DNA of 32,018 nucleotides from Candidatus Margulisiibacteriota bacterium (GTDB lineage Bacteria; Margulisbacteria; Marinamargulisbacteria; UBA817): NCBI GenBank assembly GCA_038109885.1, contig JAYNJH010000004.1, positions 1 to 32,018 of the forward strand, read 5' to 3'. Shown piece by piece: positions 25,314 to 32,018 of this stretch (position 1 is its first letter; each line of letters starts with the position of its first letter). The notes under the pieces were generated by a model. It saw only the letters and a program-made list of their open reading frames with translations, ran no database searches and was not told where the DNA came from. The position numbers and the translations under genes were made by a program.

Positions 25314-28300
25314 GACTTTCGCTCCTGAATCCGCTGTTTGATCTTAAACCCAATCAAGCCACACAACACCCCTACAAAGAAAAAAACAATCAACTTTGTT
25401 TTTAATTGATGAAGCTTGTGCTGTAAGTTTAATTTAAATAAAGCCGATTTTATATAGTCAATCATTACCGATTGAGTTTGATTATCTTCATTAAATTGTT
25501 TTAGAAGGTATTGATGCTGCTGGTACTTTTGATCTAGAACAGAAACTTTTTTAGACATCTTAGCCAATTGATCAGAATAATCCGTAATCTTTTGCTGATT
25601 TTTTATAAGTGCTAAAGAATTCGAATCCAATAACTGATGAATTTGATTTAAGTTAGAAAAAACCCCTTTTATTGTTGCCAATAAAACACCATCAGCGTCA
25701 ATACCGTGAATAATACGATCCGAATTTCCATAGTTGAAAATACGATAGAAATCTTGAGCCATAGGACCCAAATGTTTTACATGTTCCTGATTTTTATATA
25801 CCCAATACTGAATTGGCAATTCACGAAATTTATTCATAATTTGAATTGAATCTACCGGCTGCTTACCCATCTTCATGGACTCATCACTAATATGCCCCCA
25901 ACCATCATCACCACTCATTAATGCCAAAGAGTCATCGGAAAATCTAATTTTCACCCCACCATCAGCTTGAATACGCACTTCTCCTGGATGAGATGAAGAT
26001 AAGGGGTATGCTGAAGAATTAATTAAAACCACATCATCATGATCAATTTGAATATGGTCACCAATGGCAACTGAACGATTGGCATCAATATGGTGCGCAT
26101 CACCACGTAATGAAATATGCTGGTCACCTCGAATGAGGTGGCCCTTTCCACCCAACACACATTGCCCCTGCCCATCAAAAACACTATTTTGAGCATGAGA
26201 AATAGATGATCCATTGGCTCGAACATCAACATCATCTAAAAAACTCAATTCAGATTGAACTAACTCAGCATTAACTTTTGATGAAAATTGAACCCGAGAG
26301 TCCTTAATCTCCCCAACAAGATGATTTACCTGCACTATGCTGGCATTACTAGCATTAACAGAAACATGATTAGAAAAGCCCAAATCAGATTTTATAAATT
26401 CAAGGTTAGCAGATGTTGAAAATAAAACTGTGGAATCGACCATGTTCGCATCCGAATCAACAAGATGGGATACATTTGATCCCTCTAAATTAAGCTGGCT
26501 ATCATGAATATAAGCCATTGTTGAGTTTTCCGAATCAGAAACCGTATTAAGGATAAATTGACTTGTTGAAAATAATGAATTTAACTGCGATTGATTTATT
26601 GATTGGAAAAAAGAAAATTGGCCAAAAAGTTTTGACGAAAGAACATCAGATAGTACCAATGTGTTCCCCCAAACCTTGGTATCCTGAACAGATTGAACCA
26701 TCATTTGTTGCCCAATCAAATCAGACTCACTTGAAAAAAGCACTGAAGAGGCTATTAATTGATCTAATTGATCTGATTTAAATTCACGTTTTGATATTGC
26801 TGCCGATGTAATCGGAACCCAACTGGATTTAAAAATCGAAAACTGTCCATCTTGATAACGAATAGAGCCCGGCTCTCCAACACCAACAGCCGGGCCAAGA
26901 ACCATCGGGCCATTCAAACTTAAAACTTCGGATGGTGCAGCATTCCCTACCCCCAAATTTCCTTGTGAAGTCATTTTCAAAACAACATCCTGCCCCTTAT
27001 CAATGCGAAAATCGCCCAAGGTATCCACATAAAAATTCCAGCTTGCAATCGAATTCTGGACAATTAACTTAGGCTGTTTTTCATCATCCGCACTAATGCC
27101 TAGGCGTGCATTTTGAGTACTATTTAAGGTTAATAAACTCGTCGAGTCAGGGACCCCGCCCACGCCAAGCAACCCATCTTTGAGCATTAAAATATTGTCA
27201 TTGGTATTATATTGACCACTCGCATCACTATACAGAATGCCATAATTTAAAAATGAGGTTTTGGAAGTCCCTCCCCTGGCAATTGTAAACACATCATTAT
27301 AATTTGAAATTGGAATTGAATTTAAGGGGACGTGTCGACCTTCCAAAACACGATCTTTTATTTTTTGAGTTGTAATTGATTGGGTAACCAAATGTTGAGA
27401 TAAAACATTGGCCGTTAGAATTTTAATTCCAGTAATCTGTCCATCAACAATATGGTTTGTTTGAATTGAGTCATCCTTAAACTTTGACTTTACAAATTGA
27501 TTTAACTTGATATCCTCAGATGAAATCTGGCTCTTTCTCATGTGATGCGTTTGAATTGCAGCGGATGCAATTTGAACCGAAGTAAGGGAATAATCTTCAA
27601 TCCAATTCCCCGTAACTTGGTTTTGTTTTAAATGACTTAACTGTACGGAGTTTGCGATAATATGATGAGACTGAATGCTTTGGTTAATTACATTTTCTGT
27701 TAAAACCAACGCATCTGCAAAATGTTTTGTTTCGAATGTTTTGTCTCCAAAATGATTCAGCTGGGTTAAACCAGACCCATTTCCAGTTAAAACCCCTGAA
27801 AAAGTAAGATTCCCTTGAGACCATGAGTTGGCTGAAGTATTAAATAAAATCGCTGGAGAGTATAGGTTTGCAGCTGTTGAAAACCCCTTACCATCAGGAA
27901 GCAGAACTGAGCCAAAAATGTCCAAATTTCCACCAACCGTTCCCTGACTTGTAATTTTCATATTTTTGGTAACTGCCAACGCATATGAATTAGGCGATAA
28001 ACCAACACCTACATTTTTGGTCGACTCAATCGTGATTGGTGAATTATAAAGTGCCCATTTACTCCGGTCTTGAGGTTCAGGAATCCAAGACATTGAATTC
28101 CATACCCCATTACGATAAACCAAAAACATATTTTTATTCCCATCCCAGTAAAATACGCCATTGGATAGCTCATCCGAAGGAAGAATATCCTGAACACGTA
28201 AAACACCATTAATATCCAATGAAACTTCAGGCGTTAAGGTATTTACACCAACACGCCTTTCTGTTTCTAAAAATTTAACAATTGACTCATTATCTACCCG

Positions 28301-28690
28301 TCTTGCTTTATTGGCTTCTTTGGAACGAATCGTATAAGGCGTGGAATTAATCGGAAAAGTCAAATTATGCTGTTTGACACTAATACTAACTTTTAGATTG
28401 GGATCATCAAAAATAGAATTCACCAATAACGAATCTTTACCACCAATCACAATTTCACTAACACCATTATGAAATGGAACATTGCGAACCACTTCTTTAT
28501 AAATAATTTCGTCAGTATCTGAAAGCAATCGAACCGTTACCGTCTGATTACCTGTAACTGGATTTTTCTCATAATTAAATACGGCATTAAACTTAACTTC
28601 ATAAGGAATATCCGCCATTGTTAACGGGGAAATTTGGAATAAAAAGAAAAAGATTATCAATCGTTTGGCAAGTGAATAGTAAAATTTCAT
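25310..28690 (-). CDS. Fibre paralogue A: secreted tail-fibre-like protein with an S74 domain, coiled coil and C-terminal TM anchor
   Basis: 1126 aa.
- Signal peptide: MKFYYSLAKRLIIFFFLFQISPLTMA|D.
- Landmarks: RVGVNTLTPEVSLDINGVLRV (about aa 146), Ile/Val-periodic repeats about aa 320-460, IARGGTSKTSF (GGT 473-475).
- Beta-helix-type repeats, e.g. GGKGHLIRGDQHISLRGDAHHIDANRSVAIGDHIQIDHDDVVL.
- S74 module: HISDESMKMGKQPVD...WVYKNQEHVKHLGPMAQDF...IDADGVLLATIKGV (Ser codon 25886-25888).
- About 85 heptad-rich residues, then a TM helix LIVFFFVGVLCGLIGF (25346-25393) and a basic tail KIKQRIQERKS. Confidence 0.8.
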   Translation of the reverse strand: MKFYYSLAKRLIIFFFLFQISPLTMADIPYEVKFNAVFNYEKNPVTGNQTVTVRLLSDTDEIIYKEVVRNVPFHNGVSEIVIGGKDSLLVNSIFDDPNLKVSISVKQHNLTFPINSTPYTIRSKEANKARRVDNESIVKFLETERRVGVNTLTPEVSLDINGVLRVQDILPSDELSNGVFYWDGNKNMFLVYRNGVWNSMSWIPEPQDRSKWALYNSPITIESTKNVGVGLSPNSYALAVTKNMKITSQGTVGGNLDIFGSVLLPDGKGFSTAANLYSPAILFNTSANSWSQGNLTFSGVLTGNGSGLTQLNHFGDKTFETKHFADALVLTENVINQSIQSHHIIANSVQLSHLKQNQVTGNWIEDYSLTSVQIASAAIQTHHMRKSQISSEDIKLNQFVKSKFKDDSIQTNHIVDGQITGIKILTANVLSQHLVTQSITTQKIKDRVLEGRHVPLNSIPISNYNDVFTIARGGTSKTSFLNYGILYSDASGQYNTNDNILMLKDGLLGVGGVPDSTSLLTLNSTQNARLGISADDEKQPKLIVQNSIASWNFYVDTLGDFRIDKGQDVVLKMTSQGNLGVGNAAPSEVLSLNGPMVLGPAVGVGEPGSIRYQDGQFSIFKSSWVPITSAAISKREFKSDQLDQLIASSVLFSSESDLIGQQMMVQSVQDTKVWGNTLVLSDVLSSKLFGQFSFFQSINQSQLNSLFSTSQFILNTVSDSENSTMAYIHDSQLNLEGSNVSHLVDSDANMVDSTVLFSTSANLEFIKSDLGFSNHVSVNASNASIVQVNHLVGEIKDSRVQFSSKVNAELVQSELSFLDDVDVRANGSSISHAQNSVFDGQGQCVLGGKGHLIRGDQHISLRGDAHHIDANRSVAIGDHIQIDHDDVVLINSSAYPLSSSHPGEVRIQADGGVKIRFSDDSLALMSGDDGWGHISDESMKMGKQPVDSIQIMNKFRELPIQYWVYKNQEHVKHLGPMAQDFYRIFNYGNSDRIIHGIDADGVLLATIKGVFSNLNQIHQLLDSNSLALIKNQQKITDYSDQLAKMSKKVSVLDQKYQQHQYLLKQFNEDNQTQSVMIDYIKSALFKLNLQHKLHQLKTKLIVFFFVGVLCGLIGFKIKQRIQERKS

Positions 28691-28808
28691 ATTAATAACT
28701 CATTTAGAGACCATTATGTTATTCCCTATTTAAGGCTGATTTAAACATAAAAAAACGGCTATTTTTTAAACCAATTTAAAAGTATCTTTAATAAATAAAA
28801 TCACCCCA

Positions 28809-30287
28809 TTACAAGTGGGTATGATATAACTCAGAATTTAAACAGATCTTAGAATGCCGTGGGGATGCTTTTGAGCTTGGAAAATCGGAACGAAAATGTC
28901 CACCACGAGATTCCTTTCGGTGCAACGCTGAATCTAAAATGGCCCGAAATAATCGAAATAAAGGATGGTTGACATGCTCACTCATCTGTAATGCCTCAAT
29001 CGCATTCAACAATTGAGACTCGTTACGAATAACCCCCAGCGCTTTACGACATAACTCCCCTAACCAAACATGCGACGCTGAAGATAATTCTGGTAATAAA
29101 ATTTCATTAACCCTCTCTGAGACATCAACCGCATCGTTAATTAATGAAATCTCATCCCCACAATTCATTCCCATTAGCCCCGCCTCCAACAATGAATTTG
29201 AAGCCAAACGATTCGCTCCATGAAAGCCAGTTGCAGCACACTCACCTATCGCATAAAATCCTGACAATGATGTTTTTCCTTGCGGCGAAGCCAAAACGCC
29301 ACCCAATGTATAATGAACCAATGGCTGAATTGGAATTTCATAGTCTAAAACATCAAATCCACGTTGTTGTAATGAACGAAAGATGGTTGGAAAACGCTGT
29401 TCAATGGTTGTCATTAATGTGGAGATATTTAATTTAACCCCCACTTCATTAACAATTGCCCTGGCAACCACATCCCGAGGGGCCAAATCTTTCAGTGGAT
29501 GATATCGCTGCATAAATCGTTCATTATTTTTGTTTACAAGAAAGGCACCTTCACCTCGTAATGCTTCCGAAATTAATAACGGTGGATGCCCTTTCGCACA
29601 GAAAACGGTCGGATGAAACTGAATAAATTCCAAATCAGCCATATTCGCCCCAGCCGCATAAGCCAAAGCAATGCCTTCACCCGTATTTTTTTTAGGATTC
29701 GTTGATTCAGAAAACAAATTAGAAAAACCACCAGATGCCAACACCGTTACTGGCGAAAAAAGACGCTGATTTTTAACCTTTACCCCCCGAATTTTCCCAG
29801 TAATTGTTGATTTCAAAATACCTTGAATTGGGGCATTTACCCATGAGATTTGTGGGTGATCTTTCAACGTCGCTAAAAGTGTTTGAATTATCGTGACCCC
29901 CGTATGATCCTTAACATGAAAAATACGTTTTTGACGATGAGCCCCCTCTTTAGTGAGACTAAATGTTTGATCCGCATTACGATCAAATGGCACCCCAATA
30001 TCAATCAAATATTTAATAAACTCAGGTGCCCGCTTACAAAAGTATTCAACAACGGCCAATTCACATAAGCCATCGCCTGCAGCCAATGTATCTGAAATAT
30101 GATCATCCGTGGAATCTTCAGGTAACCATGCTCCAGCAATTCCGCCTTGTGCATAATACGAAGAACTTTGTGCTAGATCACCATGATATATTATCGTAAT
30201 CTTTTTACCAGAAGGCAGCAGCTGCTTAGCACACATTAAGCCGGCCAAACCAGCCCCTACAATGACAACATCGGTCGATAAACTCAT
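28809..30287 (-). CDS. nadB: L-aspartate oxidase
   Basis: FAD-binding motif DVVIVGAGLAGL. Other motifs are HYTLGGV, FYAIGECAATGFHGANRLASNSLLE and ESRGGHFRSDFP. I prefer ATG 30287 (MSLSTDVVIVGAG). The track's start at 30326 is a TTG that adds 13 non-conserved residues. Confidence 0.92.
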   Translation of the reverse strand: MSLSTDVVIVGAGLAGLMCAKQLLPSGKKITIIYHGDLAQSSSYYAQGGIAGAWLPEDSTDDHISDTLAAGDGLCELAVVEYFCKRAPEFIKYLIDIGVPFDRNADQTFSLTKEGAHRQKRIFHVKDHTGVTIIQTLLATLKDHPQISWVNAPIQGILKSTITGKIRGVKVKNQRLFSPVTVLASGGFSNLFSESTNPKKNTGEGIALAYAAGANMADLEFIQFHPTVFCAKGHPPLLISEALRGEGAFLVNKNNERFMQRYHPLKDLAPRDVVARAIVNEVGVKLNISTLMTTIEQRFPTIFRSLQQRGFDVLDYEIPIQPLVHYTLGGVLASPQGKTSLSGFYAIGECAATGFHGANRLASNSLLEAGLMGMNCGDEISLINDAVDVSERVNEILLPELSSASHVWLGELCRKALGVIRNESQLLNAIEALQMSEHVNHPLFRLFRAILDSALHRKESRGGHFRSDFPSSKASPRHSKICLNSELYHTHL

Positions 30288-30293
30288 AGTAAT

Positions 30294-30299
30294 ATTATA
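30294..30299 (-). promoter_or_regulatory. Consensus TATAAT -10 box 6 nt upstream of the nadB ATG (possible leaderless mRNA)
   Basis: The minus strand reads gtcggTATAATattactATG, and there is no Shine-Dalgarno. I could not identify a good -35 box (the best is TGTAAG with a 16 nt spacer). Confidence 0.3.
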
Positions 30300-30331
30300 C
30301 CGACTTACACCAAAACTTACAGCCAAAATTA

Positions 30332-30353
30332 AGGAATTTTATGGACAATTCCT
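30332..30353. promoter_or_regulatory. Perfect 7-bp inverted repeat (AGGAATT-n8-AATTCCT) in the nadB/HAD divergent intergenic region; candidate operator
   Basis: AGGAATT lies at 30332-30338 and AATTCCT at 30347-30353, read directly. The repeat sits about 45-66 nt upstream of both the nadB ATG (30287) and the HAD ATG (30399). I recognise no known regulator motif. Confidence 0.25.
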
Positions 30354-30398
30354 ACATTATTAAATAGTCTAAAGACATATTTTTCATGAGGAATTTTA

Positions 30399-31010
30399 AT
30401 GATTAGATCCATCGTTTTTGATTTAGGCAACGTTTTATTTGGTTATGATCCAAATTATATTTTAACCCAACTTTTACCCGAAAATAAGTTTCATCAAGCC
30501 TATCTTGATCATTTTATAAATGCTCAATTATGGCAAGAATTAGATCGTGGAAGCTTGGATGAAAGTGCATTAACGGATCTTTTAAATCCAAAAATCCCAG
30601 ACCCAAATTTGGAAGACAATATTCAAATCATTCTACGCAATTTTGTTTATCACTTGCATTTAATTAATGGTTCAAGATCAATATTTCTGAAATTAAAGAA
30701 AATATACCCAATTTACTTACTAACAAACTTTCAAGCCGTTCCATTCTCTCAGTTACGTGAAATTCACCCATTTCTTTATCAAGCCGATGGGGCAATTGTA
30801 TCTGCGCATCATCAACTAATGAAACCTGACCCCGAGATTTACAAATATCTGCTATCAAAATTCAAACTTGAGCCCAGTGAAACTGTTTTTATTGACGACC
30901 TCGCAGAAAACATTGCTGGAGCTCAAAGCTTTGGGATTCATGGCATTCAATTTAAATCCCCAGACTTACTTCAAGAAGAACTTATAAAATTGGGGGTCGA
31001 AATAAATTAA
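30399..31010 (+). CDS. HAD-IA family phosphatase, YihX-like
   Basis: 203 aa. Motif I is IVFDLGNVL, the FDLGNV variant seen in E. coli YihX. Motif II is in LLTNF. Motif III/IV is K...FIDDLAENI. A GAGGAA Shine-Dalgarno lies 7 nt upstream. Confidence 0.8.
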   Translation: MIRSIVFDLGNVLFGYDPNYILTQLLPENKFHQAYLDHFINAQLWQELDRGSLDESALTDLLNPKIPDPNLEDNIQIILRNFVYHLHLINGSRSIFLKLKKIYPIYLLTNFQAVPFSQLREIHPFLYQADGAIVSAHHQLMKPDPEIYKYLLSKFKLEPSETVFIDDLAENIAGAQSFGIHGIQFKSPDLLQEELIKLGVEIN

Positions 31011-32018
31011 ACTCGGTTATATTTTTTTACAATATAATCTTCTAAAATAGCCATAAATTCGCTGGTTATGTGATCCCCTCGAAGTGTTGTAAATAGTTGT
31101 CCATCAACATAAACAGGCGCCGTTGGAGCTTCTCTTAATCCGGGCAGGCTAATTCCAATATTGGCATACTTACTTTCACCGGGACCATTCACAACGCACC
31201 CCATCACCGCAATCTTTAACGATTCAACGCCTGGATACTTGGGGCGCCACTCATTGATTTTGTCCGCAATATGCTGATTAACATCACGGGCCAAATGAAT
31301 AAAGTAATCCGAATCTGTTCGTCCACACCCTGGACAACTTGTTACCGTTGGTTTAAAAAAGCGAAAGCCCATGGTTTGAAGTAAATTCGTACAAACATCA
31401 ACCTCACGAGCACGAGAAACACCAGGCTCGGGCGTTAAGGAAACTCGAATTGTATCACCAATACCTTGCTGAAGTAATATTCCAAGAGCCGCTGCTGAAC
31501 AGGTAATTCCTTTCACACCATACCCAGCTTCGGTAAGCCCAACGTGTAAAGGCACATGAATTAGTGGTGAAACTCGCTCATACGCTGTAATCATATCTTG
31601 AATTTCAGACATCTTAACACTTACAACCATTTTATTTTCAGGTAAGCCCAAACGAAGTGCCGCATCAACTGATCGTTGTGCAGATTCAATCATAGTGTCA
31701 ATCATAACATCATTAAAAGCTCTGGGTTGAGAAAGCCCTGCGTTTTTCTCCATATTTTGATCAAATAAATCCTGGTCAATTGACCCCCAATTTACACCAA
31801 TTCTAACCGGCTTATTGTGATCTCTAGCCACTTGAATCATGGTTGCAAAATTATCATCACGTTTATTCCCTTTTCCTACGTTACCAGGGTTAATTCGATA
31901 TTTAGCTAAGGCGGCTGCCGTTTTAGGATACTTGGTTAATAAAATATGACCATTATAGTGAAAATCACCAAAGATCGGTGTTGAGTAACCTGAATCACGA
32001 AGTTCGGAAACAATTTGA
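31007..32018 (-). CDS. ispG: 4-hydroxy-3-methylbut-2-en-1-yl diphosphate synthase (flavodoxin/ferredoxin), C-terminal 336 codons (N-terminus lies beyond window end)
   Basis: The track ORF starts at an internal Met. The frame stays open to the window edge, reading QIVSELRDSGYSTPIFGDFHYNGHILLTKYPKTAAALAKYRINPGNVGKGNKRDDNFATMIQVARDHNKPVRIGVNWGS. C-terminal Fe-S Cys motifs are present (TSCPGCGRT ... GCVVNGPGE). Its stop overlaps the HAD stop (TTAA, convergent). Confidence 0.9.
   Translation of the reverse strand, partial: QIVSELRDSGYSTPIFGDFHYNGHILLTKYPKTAAALAKYRINPGNVGKGNKRDDNFATMIQVARDHNKPVRIGVNWGSIDQDLFDQNMEKNAGLSQPRAFNDVMIDTMIESAQRSVDAALRLGLPENKMVVSVKMSEIQDMITAYERVSPLIHVPLHVGLTEAGYGVKGITCSAAALGILLQQGIGDTIRVSLTPEPGVSRAREVDVCTNLLQTMGFRFFKPTVTSCPGCGRTDSDYFIHLARDVNQHIADKINEWRPKYPGVESLKIAVMGCVVNGPGESKYANIGISLPGLREAPTAPVYVDGQLFTTLRGDHITSEFMAILEDYIVKKYNRV

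Noticed and set aside
18628-28690. The fibre cluster as a prophage or tailocin remnant.
   Set aside because: The window contains no capsid, terminase, baseplate, sheath, tube, integrase or lysis gene, and no att-like repeats. The proteins have Sec signal peptides and C-terminal TM anchors, which virion fibres do not need. The flanks are core genes in the same orientation. The window alone cannot exclude an ancient phage origin of the domains.
18628-28690. The fibre proteins as trimeric autotransporter adhesins (YadA-like), because of the Hep_Hag-like G-x-x-N/H-x-V repeats.
   Set aside because: There is no C-terminal beta-barrel membrane anchor. The C-terminus is instead an S74 chaperone domain plus coiled coil and an alpha-helical TM segment. 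The similarity is limited to the repeat style.
976-30858. Short track ORFs nested in, or antisense to, the long conserved genes. Examples: 976-1194, 1152-1334, 1762-2007, 1808-2011, 2203-2499, 2960-3217, 4550-4765, 5641-5862, 7159-7374, 11607-11861, 13530-13733, 17909-18100, 19777-19959, 21261-21533, 22667-22861, 24555-24749, 24572-24889, 26023-26235, 26563-26781, 28009-28209, 29144-29437, 29883-30068 and 30664-30858.
   Set aside because: Each lies wholly inside a gene with unmistakable family motifs in another frame or strand. Their translations are low-complexity or compositionally odd, they have no Shine-Dalgarno, and they show no recognisable motifs. They are typical shadow ORFs of AT-rich DNA.
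1-32018. A search by eye for CRISPR arrays, tRNA or rRNA genes, IS elements or transposases, integrases, long direct or inverted repeats flanking the accessory loci, and toxin-antitoxin or known defence-system genes.
   Set aside because: None was found. The intergenic regions are short (mostly under 120 nt), and the only repeats seen are the 18-bp tandem in mazG, the homopolymer tracts and the small palindromes already listed. MazG here is the full-length housekeeping-type pyrophosphohydrolase and has no adjacent mazEF-like toxin pair.

Overview
This is an AT-rich bacterial chromosomal window that is almost entirely coding. It uses the standard genetic code, with TAA, TAG and TGA all terminating well-conserved genes. 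I saw no rRNA, tRNA, CRISPR array, transposase or integrase.

Core genes:
- Minus-strand block 1-8875: rpsA (5' part, runs off the window), a secreted SLT-type lytic transglycosylase, proS, carB, purF and carA, with purF sitting between carA and carB. There is also a 51-codon signal-peptide ORF that is not in the track.
- Plus strand 8979-9873: tatC plus a 55-codon tatA/B-family gene that is not in the track.
- Plus-strand block 12560-17088, tightly coupled: small ferredoxin, nadA, a ClpX-family ATPase lacking the zinc-finger domain, yggS, sepF and mazG.
- Remaining genes: citrate synthase (minus), nadB (minus), a YihX-like HAD phosphatase (plus) and ispG (minus, runs off the window end).

Two loci are not ordinary housekeeping:
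1. 18628-28690 (about 10 kb, minus strand) holds three tandem paralogous genes of 1126, 1102 and 1126 aa, joined by ATGA stop/start overlaps.
   - Each has a Sec signal peptide, phage-tail-fibre-like repeat and beta-helix regions, and a C-terminal S74-type autoproteolytic intramolecular-chaperone domain.
   - Sequence landmarks fall at nearly identical residue numbers in all three.
   - Two of the three continue past the S74 domain into a coiled coil and a C-terminal transmembrane anchor.
   - I read this as a candidate heterotrimeric, membrane-tethered, self-shedding surface fibre.
2. 9882-12426 (minus strand) encodes a large protein fusing a PP2C-type phosphatase domain to a eukaryotic-like USP (peptidase C19) deubiquitinase domain.
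   - The USP domain is interrupted between its Cys box and His box by a stop codon plus a frame change.
   - The gene also carries a C8/G8 homopolymer tract.

All calls rest on motifs read by eye. No database search or computation was run.
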